A stretch of DNA of 64,000 nucleotides from the NCBI GenBank assembly GCA_902557155.1, contig CACDYR010000002.1, positions 71,025 through 135,024 on the forward strand, read 5' to 3'. This stretch comes from an uncultured Pelagibacteraceae bacterium (GTDB lineage: Bacteria; Pseudomonadota; Alphaproteobacteria; Pelagibacterales; Pelagibacteraceae). The position numbers were made by a program, and so were the translations under genes. Under the pieces are notes generated by a model. That model ran no database searches, was not told where the DNA came from, and saw nothing but the letters and a program-made list of their open reading frames with translations. Each line of letters starts with the position of its first letter. Within the stretch, counting starts at the first letter, position 1. This document shows positions 18,453 to 28,366 of this stretch, piece by piece.

Positions 18453-19317
18453 TTTTTAAAAAAAATTTTTTTAAGTGATTAATCGTTTGTTTAGGACTCT
18501 CTTCTGGAATGAAATGATCTGAATTAATTTCTGCCCCATAAACTTTTTTATTTGTGTATTTTTGCCAAATTTTAACTGATTTAAATTGCGTTCCAACAAC
18601 TCCCTTTTTACCCCACAAAACTTGTATAGGAATGTTTAATTTTTTTTTTCTGTCTTTTTTGTCATGCTCTAAGTCTATAGTGGCCGCAGCTCTATAATCC
18701 TCACAAGTTGCATGAATTCTTTTTTTTTGTTTAAAGGCTCTAAAATATTCATCTTCAACTTTTCCAATCGCACGTTTTGATGACCTATTAAAACGACTTT
18801 TTAACCATCTTTTAGGATCTGCCATTATCATTTTCTCTGGTAAAGGTGCTGGCTGTATTAAATAAAACCAGTGAAAATATCCTTTTGCAAATTTAATATC
18901 TGTATGCTCGTACATATCTAGAGTTGGACAAATATCTAATACACTTAAAGCCATAATCTTATTTCTATAATCTCTTGCCATTCTATGTGCAACTCTCCCG
19001 CCTCTATCATGTCCAGCAACAAAAAATTTTTTAAAATTTAATTTATTCATCAATTGAACCATATCTTTAGCCATTTCTCTTTTAGAATAATTTTTATGAT
19101 TAGTACCACCAGGTAAAACTAAACTATCTCCATATCCTCTAAGGTCAGCAACTATTACAGTGAAATATTTACTAAGCTCAGGGGCAGTCTTGTGCCACAT
19201 CACATGTGTTTGGGGATATCCATGAAGTAATAATAAGGGGGGACCGTTACCTTTAAATCTACAAAAAATTTTACCCTTGCTTACTTTAACAAATTTTTTT
19301 TTAAAACCATTAAACAT
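18430..19317 (-). CDS. Alpha/beta hydrolase, haloacetate (fluoroacetate) dehalogenase type
   Basis: LLHGYPQT, GHDRGGRVAHR, LDI, FHW, CEDYRA, HFIPEE. Confidence 0.85.
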   Translation of the reverse strand: MFNGFKKKFVKVSKGKIFCRFKGNGPPLLLLHGYPQTHVMWHKTAPELSKYFTVIVADLRGYGDSLVLPGGTNHKNYSKREMAKDMVQLMNKLNFKKFFVAGHDRGGRVAHRMARDYRNKIMALSVLDICPTLDMYEHTDIKFAKGYFHWFYLIQPAPLPEKMIMADPKRWLKSRFNRSSKRAIGKVEDEYFRAFKQKKRIHATCEDYRAAATIDLEHDKKDRKKKLNIPIQVLWGKKGVVGTQFKSVKIWQKYTNKKVYGAEINSDHFIPEESPKQTINHLKKFFLKNVKNNSK

Positions 19318-19328
19318 GATTAAACTAT

Positions 19329-19604
19329 TTAATTATTTAATAGTTTATTTTTCGCCTTTTCAAATTCCTCTTGAGAAATAATTCCTTTTTCTTTTAAATC
19401 ATTCAATTTAGTAAGTTCATCACTTAAATTGCTGCTTTGTTCATCAGAAGTTTCGCTTGTCTCCCTACCCTCACTTTCAGCTTCCTCTTTCTCAGCTCTA
19501 TTAGCTTCCTTAGACTTAAAACCATTCATAATTGCCATTCCACCTAAGTATAAAACATAAGCCATAATAGGAATAACCAATCCAAAAAAAATTATTTTTT
19601 CCAT
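19329..19604 (-). CDS. SHOCT-domain membrane protein
   Basis: N-terminal TM, acidic linker, C-terminal LTKLNDLKEKGIISQEEFEKAKNKLL. Confidence 0.85.
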   Translation of the reverse strand: MEKIIFFGLVIPIMAYVLYLGGMAIMNGFKSKEANRAEKEEAESEGRETSETSDEQSSNLSDELTKLNDLKEKGIISQEEFEKAKNKLLNN

Positions 19605-19607
19605 AAT

Positions 19608-19811
19608 TTAATCTTCATCTTCTTCACGCCAGTTTTTTTCATACATTAAATATGCAGCGTATATTACTGATACAGTACCTACAATCATACCATAATCAAA
19701 ACCAGTTTGCTTGTCATGCAAATACCAACCTAATTGTGTTGCCCCAATAGGTGGAACTGTAAGAAGCAAAAAAATTATACCAAATCTGTATGGTCGTTTA
19801 GGTTTTTTCAT
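19608..19811 (-). CDS. Hypothetical 2-TM protein
   Basis: ORF tightly packed with neighbours; two hydrophobic helices. Confidence 0.6.
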   Translation of the reverse strand: MKKPKRPYRFGIIFLLLTVPPIGATQLGWYLHDKQTGFDYGMIVGTVSVIYAAYLMYEKNWREEDED

Positions 19812-19849
19812 CCTAATAAATTAACAGATTACAGCTTATGGTTTAATTA

Positions 19850-20695
19850 TTAAATTTGCGATCTTTTGAAACAGTCGATCGTATTTTTAAGCAAACAAGC
19901 AATGGTCATTGGACCTACACCGCCTGGAACTGGTGTAAGTGCTTTTGCATTTTTTGAAACTTCATCAAAATGAACATCACCAACTATACCGTTATCAGTT
20001 TTGTTTATACCAACATCAATAACAATAGCATCTTTCTTAACCCAATCTCCTCTAACAAGTTCGGGTATACCTACAGCTGCAACAATTATATCCGCCTCTA
20101 AACATTCAGCTTTTAAATCTTTAGTTTTTGAATGAGTTATAGTTACTGTGCAATTTTCCTTTAAAAGAAGTTGTGTCATTGGTTTACCATTTAAATTTGA
20201 TCTACCTACAACCACAGCTTTTTTACCACTTAAATTAGGTTCAATTTTTTTTATCAACAAATAACATCCAAGCGGAGTACAAGGTACCGAACTTTCATAA
20301 CCAGATGAAAGATTACCTACATTCATTGGATGAAATCCATCTACGTCTTTTGAGGGATCAATAGCTTCTATAACCTTCTGCTTATCAATATGCTTAGGTA
20401 AAGGAAGTTGAACTAAAATTCCTGAAACAGTTTCATCACTGTTTAGTTCTTGAATTTTTTCTAGAACAGTCTTTTCTTCAACTGAGTCTGGATATTTTAT
20501 TACTTCAGATTTTAATCCTACCTCATTTGCTGACTTCTCTTTATTTCTTACATAAATCTGACTGGGTGTTAAATCACCAATAAGTATTACTGTTAAACCT
20601 GGTACTTTATTATGTTTTGATTTTAACTCTGCAACTTCTTCCTTTAACTCTGCTCTTAATTCTGCGGCTGCTTTTTTTCCATCAATTAAAATCAT
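19850..20695 (-). CDS. folD: Methylenetetrahydrofolate dehydrogenase/cyclohydrolase
   Basis: KDVDGFHP, PCTPLG, TPVPGGVGPMT. Confidence 0.98.
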   Translation of the reverse strand: MILIDGKKAAAELRAELKEEVAELKSKHNKVPGLTVILIGDLTPSQIYVRNKEKSANEVGLKSEVIKYPDSVEEKTVLEKIQELNSDETVSGILVQLPLPKHIDKQKVIEAIDPSKDVDGFHPMNVGNLSSGYESSVPCTPLGCYLLIKKIEPNLSGKKAVVVGRSNLNGKPMTQLLLKENCTVTITHSKTKDLKAECLEADIIVAAVGIPELVRGDWVKKDAIVIDVGINKTDNGIVGDVHFDEVSKNAKALTPVPGGVGPMTIACLLKNTIDCFKRSQI

Positions 20696-20704
20696 ATTTC
20701 TCTC

Positions 20705-20995
20705 TTAAAAAATCATTGGTGCGATGTACAGCTTCATACACATTTCGATAAACCAAATCAATAAAAGAAGAATGATTGGAGAAATATCTAGTGAACCTAA
20801 ATTTGGCAAAAAACGTCTAATTTTATTCAGGAAAGGCTCGGTTAATTTGTAACTCAACTCTAAAATTGCATACACGAACCTATTTTGAGTATTAAGAACG
20901 TTAAAAGCTATTAACCAACTTACGATAACATTGGCTATTACAACATAAGAGTACAATTTTAAAATTTGTAAAACTAAATAAAAAATAGCTATCAT
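20705..20995 (-). CDS. yggT: YggT family membrane protein
   Basis: SWLIAFNVLN, TEPFL..IRR, DISPI. Confidence 0.9.
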   Translation of the reverse strand: MIAIFYLVLQILKLYSYVVIANVIVSWLIAFNVLNTQNRFVYAILELSYKLTEPFLNKIRRFLPNLGSLDISPIILLLLIWFIEMCMKLYIAPMIF

Positions 20996-22077
20996 TTTTT
21001 CTCAACGTAAATCGACTGACTTGGGAAAGCAAATGAAGCACCATTTTTTTCTACAATTTCCTTAATCGCAATTGCTAATCTTTCTTTTACATCAAGCCAA
21101 TTATTCCAACTTCCTGTTTTTGTAAAGCATCTTACATACATATCTATTGAACTATCAGAAAATTTATCAACTCTTACCGCAACACCAATTGAGGTGTTAT
21201 AATCTTCACTTGAATTAATATGACTTTCGATTTCATCTCTAATTTTTTTTAACTGATCTACCGTAGTGTCATATTGAAGTGTAATAATCCAACTAATTAA
21301 CCAATTTGAAGTTTCACTTACATTCACAACTGCGTTTTCAGCAAATTGAAAATTTGGAATAATAGCAAGAGATTTATCAAACTTTCTAATTGTTGTTGAT
21401 CTAAATCCAATCTTTTCTACTACACCTTCAATAATACCCTCGACAGCTATCCAGTCTCCAATTTTAAATCTCTTTTCAACTAAAACTAAAATTCCTGATA
21501 TTAAATTTTTGAATAAATCTTGTGCCCCTAATGCTACAGCAACACCAAACAATCCTAGACCTGCAATGATTGGACCTATTTTAATTCCCCACAATTCTAA
21601 AACTGCTGCTAAACCTAAAATAAAAATTAAAATTTTTAGCGATTTAATTATCCAGCCAATAAGTTCTCTTGTTAACAATTTGTCTAAACCACTAAGTATG
21701 TATGAGATTGGTTCTATGATTTGGTGAATTACCCAAAAAATTAAAATAGTGATCAACGTTCTATTAATTGTATCTACCACTTCTCTTCCTTCTAGTGAGA
21801 AAGTCATGTAGTAGCTTGCAATAAAAAATCCTAATACAATTGGTAAAAATCTTGCTGGACCTACAAGTGATTGAACAAAAGTATCATCTAATTTATTTGT
21901 TGTTCTTTTAGAGATAATTTCTAATTTTTTAATAACTAATTTGCTTATTAGACCTCTAAAAATTAAGAATAGTAAAAATATTCCAATACCAATTAAGATT
22001 TGAAAAATATCAACACCAAGAATTCCTTTATTCCATACTGATAAGAATATCTCCGAAAAATTATTAAATAATTCCAT
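20992..22077 (-). CDS. Small-conductance mechanosensitive channel (MscS family)
   Basis: AGLGLFGVAVALGAQD, FKIGDWI, IPN, FAFPSQ. Confidence 0.93.
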   Translation of the reverse strand: MELFNNFSEIFLSVWNKGILGVDIFQILIGIGIFLLFLIFRGLISKLVIKKLEIISKRTTNKLDDTFVQSLVGPARFLPIVLGFFIASYYMTFSLEGREVVDTINRTLITILIFWVIHQIIEPISYILSGLDKLLTRELIGWIIKSLKILIFILGLAAVLELWGIKIGPIIAGLGLFGVAVALGAQDLFKNLISGILVLVEKRFKIGDWIAVEGIIEGVVEKIGFRSTTIRKFDKSLAIIPNFQFAENAVVNVSETSNWLISWIITLQYDTTVDQLKKIRDEIESHINSSEDYNTSIGVAVRVDKFSDSSIDMYVRCFTKTGSWNNWLDVKERLAIAIKEIVEKNGASFAFPSQSIYVEKK

Positions 22078-22079
22078 TT

Positions 22080-22778
22080 CTAAATTTTATATAACAAAAA
22101 CTCTTCTTCTCCAGGGTTAAAAAGAAAAATCTTTTTCCATTTAATTTCGTTCAGTATTGACGAGGTTTTTTCACCTATACACATCAAATTTGTATTCATC
22201 CATAAATTTTCGGTTTGGTAAATCTTTATGAAATTTAAGAAACTTGACGCACTATTTTGAGAGTAAACATAGACCATATCAGGCATGTTTAATTTTAATT
22301 CATTAACAAATTTCTCATCAAATTTTTGATTATGATCTACTCTGTAATTAATAATTCTTTTTACCTTAAAACCTTCGCTTAATAACTGTTGATCTAAATC
22401 AACCGATATTATTTCACCACTAACGTAAAGTAATTCTTTATTTTTAGACTCATAACTTTGTATAATTAATTCCTTTAAGTTCGTAACATTTCCTTCAGCT
22501 GCAATTGTATTTTGAAAACCAACACTTCTTGCTTTGTTTTCTGTAGCGTTTCCAACACAAAAGCATTTCATATTTTTATCTAATTTTACTGTGTTTAAAA
22601 ATTTTACTGCATTTGCACTAGTAAAAACAATTCCACCATATTCAGAAAAGTTAATTTCTTCATAATTAACCTTTTCAATTCTTATTAATGGAAGATGAGA
22701 AACTTGATGTCCTAATGATTGAAATTTTAATATCATTTCAGAACAATCCTCCAGTGGTCTAGTTAACAAAATATGCAT
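22080..22778 (-). CDS. hemD: Uroporphyrinogen-III synthase
   Basis: ILLTRP, FTSANAV, CVGNAT; adjacent to hemC. Confidence 0.88.
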   Translation of the reverse strand: MHILLTRPLEDCSEMILKFQSLGHQVSHLPLIRIEKVNYEEINFSEYGGIVFTSANAVKFLNTVKLDKNMKCFCVGNATENKARSVGFQNTIAAEGNVTNLKELIIQSYESKNKELLYVSGEIISVDLDQQLLSEGFKVKRIINYRVDHNQKFDEKFVNELKLNMPDMVYVYSQNSASSFLNFIKIYQTENLWMNTNLMCIGEKTSSILNEIKWKKIFLFNPGEEEFLLYKI

Positions 22779-22779
22779 A

Positions 22780-23697
22780 TTATCTTTTATATGAATTATT
22801 TGATTTTGTTTTTAAAAGTATTCCAATCTCTTTACCAATTTCTTTAAACTCATTCAAATTACCAACTTTTTTTTCATAAAATCTTTGTTTACCATCTAAA
22901 GAAAAAAGTTCAGCCTCCACTAAAATCTTATCTCCATCAATCACTGAATGAGCACCAATTGCTGTTTCACAATCTCCATCTAAAACTTTTAAAATATTTC
23001 TCTCAAGGTGAGCTCTTTTATATGTTTCCTCATGATTAATTTTGTTTAAAATAGAAATTGTCTCATCATCATTCTCCCTGCACTGAAGAGCAATTACACC
23101 TTGTCCTGCGCTAGGAATTATTTTTTCAGCTGAAAAAATTTCTGAGATTTCATTTTCAAATTTTAAAAATTTGATACCAGCATAAGACAAAATAATTGCA
23201 TCATACATCCCATCATTTAATTTTCTAATTCTAGTATCTACGTTTCCTCTAATTAGTTTACATTTCAAATCTTGTCTAATTTTTTTTATTTGAAATTCTC
23301 TTCTGTATGATGAGGTACCAACAATTGACTTTTGATCTAAGTCTTTAAGTTTTTTTTTGTTCTTTGTAATTAAAATCTCTCTAGGGTCATTTCTTTCAAG
23401 AAAAGAATCGGTCCTTAATCCTTTTGTTTCATTAGCAGGCATATCTTTCAGTGCATGGACTGCAATATCAATATTTTTTAACTGAAGTTCTTTTTCAATA
23501 TTACTAGAAAACAAACCTTTGCCACCAAGCTCAGATAATCTTATGTCCTGTACTTCGTCACCTTTAGTTGTGATTGATTTAATTAAAATATCTTCATTTC
23601 CAAGGTCGGTATTTTCAATAATCTTATCTTTTGCTTGTTGAGCATAAAGTAAGGCAAGCTTGCTACCCCTAGATCCAATTATTATTTTTTTTCTCAT
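22780..23697 (-). CDS. hemC: Hydroxymethylbilane synthase
   Basis: GSRGSKLA, GGKGLF, HALKDMP, RGNVDTR. Confidence 0.96.
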   Translation of the reverse strand: MRKKIIIGSRGSKLALLYAQQAKDKIIENTDLGNEDILIKSITTKGDEVQDIRLSELGGKGLFSSNIEKELQLKNIDIAVHALKDMPANETKGLRTDSFLERNDPREILITKNKKKLKDLDQKSIVGTSSYRREFQIKKIRQDLKCKLIRGNVDTRIRKLNDGMYDAIILSYAGIKFLKFENEISEIFSAEKIIPSAGQGVIALQCRENDDETISILNKINHEETYKRAHLERNILKVLDGDCETAIGAHSVIDGDKILVEAELFSLDGKQRFYEKKVGNLNEFKEIGKEIGILLKTKSNNSYKR

Positions 23698-23751
23698 AAA
23701 AAATTATTTCTTACTTGTATAAAGATTGTACAATTATTAAAAACTATTTGA

Positions 23752-24825
23752 ATGAGCAAAAAACCCTTAATTCTTGGAATAGAGTCTAGTTGTGATGAAA
23801 CAGCGGCCTCTTTAATAACTGAAAATGAAGAGGGATTCCCAGTGGTTTTATCCAACATTGTTTCGAGCCAAGTGGAGGTTCATAGGGAGTTTGGTGGTGT
23901 AGTTCCTGAACTAGCAGCACGTTCACACATTGAAAAAATTGATTGGATTGTCAAAAAAGCTATTGATGAAAGTGGAAGAAAAATTGAGGAAATAGATGCG
24001 GTTGCTTCTACCGCTGGTCCTGGATTAATTGTTTGTTTATCAGTTGGGTTAAGTTTTGGTAAAGCTTTCGCAACAGCAACAAATAAACCTTTTATTGCTG
24101 TTAATCATTTAGAGGGACATGCTTTAAGTCCAAAACTAAATACAAATTTAAATTATCCATATTTACTTCTTTTAATTTCAGGCGGGCACTCACAATATTT
24201 AAGTGTTCAGAACCTTGGTAAATATAAAAGATTAGGAACAACCATTGATGATGCATTAGGTGAGGCGTTTGACAAAACGGCAAAGCTTTTAGGAATAGAA
24301 TTTCCAGGAGGACCTCAAATAGAAATTTTAGCTAAAAAAGGTGATCCAGAAAAATATGATTTACCAAAACCAATTTTCAGCAAAGGAGGATGTAATCTTT
24401 CTTTTGCAGGTCTAAAAACTGCCGTGTTGAGGATAAGCAAAACAATTAAATCAGAACAAGATAAATATGATCTTGCAGCATCTTTTCAAAAAACAATTGA
24501 GGAAATTTTATATAAAAAAACAAAAATTGCTTTTACTGAATTTGAAAAAATAAATGAATTAAATGAAAAAATTTTCGTTGTTGCTGGAGGAGTTGCAGCA
24601 AATAAAAAAATTAGGTCTATGTTAATTAATCTATGTGAAGAAAATAATTATAAAAGTATTTTTCCACCTATAGAGCTTTGTGGAGATAATGCAGCAATGA
24701 TTGCAATGGTAGGTTTGGAAAAATTTAAAATAAATCAATTTGATGATTTAGATTATCCAGCAAAACCTAGATGGCCTTTAGATGAAGATGCAGTTTTTCT
24801 CAAAGGTGCCGGAGTTCAATTGTAA
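23752..24825 (+). CDS. tsaD: tRNA N6-threonylcarbamoyltransferase
   Basis: GIESSCDET, NHLEGH, DDALGEAFDK, DNAAMI. Confidence 0.97.
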   Translation: MSKKPLILGIESSCDETAASLITENEEGFPVVLSNIVSSQVEVHREFGGVVPELAARSHIEKIDWIVKKAIDESGRKIEEIDAVASTAGPGLIVCLSVGLSFGKAFATATNKPFIAVNHLEGHALSPKLNTNLNYPYLLLLISGGHSQYLSVQNLGKYKRLGTTIDDALGEAFDKTAKLLGIEFPGGPQIEILAKKGDPEKYDLPKPIFSKGGCNLSFAGLKTAVLRISKTIKSEQDKYDLAASFQKTIEEILYKKTKIAFTEFEKINELNEKIFVVAGGVAANKKIRSMLINLCEENNYKSIFPPIELCGDNAAMIAMVGLEKFKINQFDDLDYPAKPRWPLDEDAVFLKGAGVQL

Positions 24826-25238
24826 TGAAATATTGGTTGATGAAATCTGAACCAGATGTTTGGTCAATTGACCAACAAAAAAAAGCTGGAATTAAAGGTG
24901 CACCTTGGGATGGTGTCAGAAATTATCAAGCTGCAAAAAATTTAAAAAGTATGACTAAAGGAGATCTATGTTTTTTTTATCATTCAAACATAGGAAAAGA
25001 GATAGTTGGAATAGTAAAAGTTACTAAAGAATCGTATATAGATAAAACAGACAAAACAGGGAGATTTGTTGCCGTTACTGTTCAATTCAAGTCTAAATTT
25101 TCAAAGCCTATAACACTCGAAAGTATTAAAAAAAATAAGGATTTAAGCCATTTAGCTCTGATAAAGCAAAGTAGGCTTTCTGTAATGCCTGTTGATTATA
25201 AAAGCTGGAAAATTATAAATAACATGAGTAAAATTTAA
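24825..25238 (+). CDS. EVE domain protein
   Basis: YWLMKSEP, WDGVRNYQA, FFYHS, SRLSV. Confidence 0.93.
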   Translation: MKYWLMKSEPDVWSIDQQKKAGIKGAPWDGVRNYQAAKNLKSMTKGDLCFFYHSNIGKEIVGIVKVTKESYIDKTDKTGRFVAVTVQFKSKFSKPITLESIKKNKDLSHLALIKQSRLSVMPVDYKSWKIINNMSKI

Positions 25239-25253
25239 AAAAAAAATTATCCT

Positions 25254-27350
25254 ATGCCAAAAAAAAAGAAGAAGAAAAGCAAGGTAAGAAAAAAAAAGTC
25301 TAAAGTTAGAAAAAAAACCTCAAAAAAGATGAAGAGAAGATCTAAAGTTAGAAAAAGATCTTCTAAAAAAGCAAAAAAAAGAATTAAAGCAAAAAAGGAA
25401 AACGGAAATACACCTCCTGAAGTTGTTATTAAGACAAAACCAGAATGGGTTAAAAGTAGCTTAGCAAATAAAATTAAATACCAACAAAAATATTCTCAAT
25501 CTATAAAAAGCAATGACGAATTTTGGAGGAAAGAGGGAAAAAGAATAACTTGGATAAAACCATATAAAAAAATTAAAGACGTAAAATACAGTACAAAAGA
25601 AGTAAAAATTAAATGGTTTGAAGATGGCACTTTAAATGCTTCAGCAAATTGTATTGATAGACATTTAAAAGATAAAAAAGATAAAACTGCAATAATTTGG
25701 GTGGGAGATGATCCGAAAGATAGTCAAAAAATTTCCTATAAACAACTTCATCAAAAAGTTTCTAAAGCAGCAAATGGTTTAAAAAAATTAGGAATTAAAA
25801 AAGGTGACCGTGTAACAATTTATTTAACAATGATACCAGAGTTAGCAATTTTAATGCTAGCCTGTGTGAGAATTGGTGCAGTCCATTCAATTATTTTTGG
25901 TGGTTTTTCAGCAGACTCAATTTCGGGAAGAGTAAATGATTGCGAGTCTGAATATATAATTACCGCAGATGAAGGAGTACGAGGTGGAAAAACTATACCA
26001 CTGAAATATACAGTTGATGAAGCTTTAATGAGTTGTCCAAATGTTAAGAAATGTATTGTTGTTAAACGAACAGGAAATTACATCAACTGGGATCAAGGTA
26101 GAGATGTTTGGTATCATGATATAATTAAAGACGTTCCTAATCATTGTGAACCAGAGGAAATGAACGCAGAGGATCCTTTATTTATTCTATATACTTCTGG
26201 TTCAACAGGTAAGCCTAAAGGAGTTCTTCATACTACTGGTGGTTATATGGTTTATGCCTCAATGACACATCAATATATTTTTAACTACAAACCAAAAGAT
26301 ATTTATTGGTGTACTGCTGATATTGGTTGGGTAACTGGACATAGTTATATTATTTATGGACCACTTTCGAATGGTGCAACAACTATAATGTTTGAAGGAA
26401 TTCCAAATTATCCAGATAGTTCAAGGTGGTGGCAAATAGTTGATAAATATAAAGTGAATACATTTTATACAGCACCAACTGCAATTAGAGCTTTGATGCG
26501 TGAAGGTGATAAACCTGTTAAAAAAACATCTAGAAAATCACTTAAGCTTTTAGGAACTGTAGGAGAACCAATAAATCCGGAGGCTTGGATGTGGTACTAT
26601 AAAACTGTGGGTAATTCCAAATGCCCTATTGTGGATACTTGGTGGCAAACAGAAACCGGAGGTATAATGATTGCTCCTCAAACAGGGGCTATTCCTCTAA
26701 AACCTGGTTCTGCAACAAAGCCTTTCTATGGAATTAAGCCCGTCCTTGTTGATAAAAATGGTAAAGAGATAAAAGGTGCTGGTGAAGGAAGATTGTGTAT
26801 AGCTCAATCTTGGCCTGGCCAAATGAGAACCGTTTATGGCGATCATCAAAGATTTATCGATACATACTTTTCTCAGTTTAATGGAAAATATTTCACTGGT
26901 GATGGATGTCGAAGAGATAAAGATGGTTATTACTGGATCACTGGTCGTGTAGATGATGTAATTATTGTTTCAGGTCATAACCTGGGAACAGCTGAAATTG
27001 AAAGTGCTTTTGTTGCTCATCCAAAAGTAGCTGAAGCTGCTGTAGTTGGTTACCCTCACGATATAAAAGGTAATGGTTTATATTGTTATGTAACATTAAA
27101 TGCAGGAGAAAACGAAACAGGCGAACTTGAAAGAGATCTTAAACTTTGGGTTAGAAAACAAATCGGACCTCTTGCAACTCCAGATCTAATTCATTTTACT
27201 CCAGGTCTTCCTAAAACAAGATCAGGAAAAATAATGAGAAGAATTCTAAGAAAGATTGCTGCCAATGAACATGGTCAATTAGGAGATACAACTACTCTGG
27301 CAGATCCAAGTGTAGTTGATAGTTTGGTTGAAAATAGAAAAAATATTTAA
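25254..27350 (+). CDS. acs: Acetyl-CoA synthetase with Lys/Arg-rich N-terminal extension
   Basis: [32 protein letters not shown]. Confidence 0.97.
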   Translation: MPKKKKKKSKVRKKKSKVRKKTSKKMKRRSKVRKRSSKKAKKRIKAKKENGNTPPEVVIKTKPEWVKSSLANKIKYQQKYSQSIKSNDEFWRKEGKRITWIKPYKKIKDVKYSTKEVKIKWFEDGTLNASANCIDRHLKDKKDKTAIIWVGDDPKDSQKISYKQLHQKVSKAANGLKKLGIKKGDRVTIYLTMIPELAILMLACVRIGAVHSIIFGGFSADSISGRVNDCESEYIITADEGVRGGKTIPLKYTVDEALMSCPNVKKCIVVKRTGNYINWDQGRDVWYHDIIKDVPNHCEPEEMNAEDPLFILYTSGSTGKPKGVLHTTGGYMVYASMTHQYIFNYKPKDIYWCTADIGWVTGHSYIIYGPLSNGATTIMFEGIPNYPDSSRWWQIVDKYKVNTFYTAPTAIRALMREGDKPVKKTSRKSLKLLGTVGEPINPEAWMWYYKTVGNSKCPIVDTWWQTETGGIMIAPQTGAIPLKPGSATKPFYGIKPVLVDKNGKEIKGAGEGRLCIAQSWPGQMRTVYGDHQRFIDTYFSQFNGKYFTGDGCRRDKDGYYWITGRVDDVIIVSGHNLGTAEIESAFVAHPKVAEAAVVGYPHDIKGNGLYCYVTLNAGENETGELERDLKLWVRKQIGPLATPDLIHFTPGLPKTRSGKIMRRILRKIAANEHGQLGDTTTLADPSVVDSLVENRKNI

Positions 27351-27991
27351 AACTGAATTAAATCTTTAAACTCTTGTTTAACAACATCCCATTTTAAAAT
27401 CATCGAATTTAAAACAATCTTTCGATCTAAAGTTTTTAATTCATCTGCAATCGGAGCCCATTTATATAAAGAGAGTGCACTAGGATTAAAAGGTAAGTCC
27501 TGATAATAAACATCCCAATTTATTTTATCCAATCTTTCATCAAAACTTTTCCTAGCTTCATCAATAATATTTAATGGCATCTTATTAGAAATTTCATCAT
27601 CCAAAATTTTATTGAAAATTTCGTTAGCTTTATGAATATCCTGATAATTAAAATTAACTTTCAAATAGGAAAAAGTAAAAAAAGTTAAATCTTGTAATGC
27701 AACTGAGTAAATATTCCATTTGGCAAGATTTACTGATGACATAAATTCATCATTATCAAAATGAAGAACGTATCTTGTTCCCATTCTAGTTTTTAGATAA
27801 TTATATAAAGTAACTTGAGTGGCCCATGCAGATTTAGTTTGAATAAACTGTTCTAATTCATCTAAAGTTTTTATTTTTTTCTTTGGAATAAACGCCTTAA
27901 ACATGGCGAATAAATATGTTTTAAAATCCTCAAGTTTAATGTCTCTCCAAGTTAATTTATATTTTCCCATGTAAATTTGTAAGTGCGCCAA
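27347..27991 (-). CDS. Hypothetical protein (start may be 27970)
   Basis: Long ORF filling the gap between acs and DUF4212; no motif recognised. Confidence 0.7.
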   Translation of the reverse strand: MAHLQIYMGKYKLTWRDIKLEDFKTYLFAMFKAFIPKKKIKTLDELEQFIQTKSAWATQVTLYNYLKTRMGTRYVLHFDNDEFMSSVNLAKWNIYSVALQDLTFFTFSYLKVNFNYQDIHKANEIFNKILDDEISNKMPLNIIDEARKSFDERLDKINWDVYYQDLPFNPSALSLYKWAPIADELKTLDRKIVLNSMILKWDVVKQEFKDLIQF

Positions 27992-28105
27992 TTATATCTT
28001 AAAAAAGTAAGTAAATAAGTACCTAATATGATCAATTTTTAGGGTTTTCAAAGCTCTCATAATGGTTATGGTTTTACCCAGTTATAACTAAAAAGAGAGG
28101 TATAA

Positions 28106-28366
28106 ATGTCAAATCAACAAAAACACTGGGAAAAAACCAGGTCATTGTTATTTATAACATTGGCAATTTGGTTTGTTTTCTCAATTGGCATCTTTCTCTT
28201 TGGAGCTGAAATGAACGAGGTCACAGGACCTTTCGGTTATCCATGGACATATTGGTTTACATGTCAGGGATCTCTTGGTGCTTTCGTAATCCTAATTTTC
28301 TGGTTTGCGAACAGACAAGAAAAAATCGATGAAGAGTTCGGCTTTAGCGAAAGAGAGGACGAATAA
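28106..28366 (+). CDS. DUF4212 small membrane partner of ActP-type symporter
   Basis: HWEKT..LL..LAIWF, YWFTCQGS; strong RBS; coupled to the SSS gene. Confidence 0.88.
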   Translation: MSNQQKHWEKTRSLLFITLAIWFVFSIGIFLFGAEMNEVTGPFGYPWTYWFTCQGSLGAFVILIFWFANRQEKIDEEFGFSEREDE

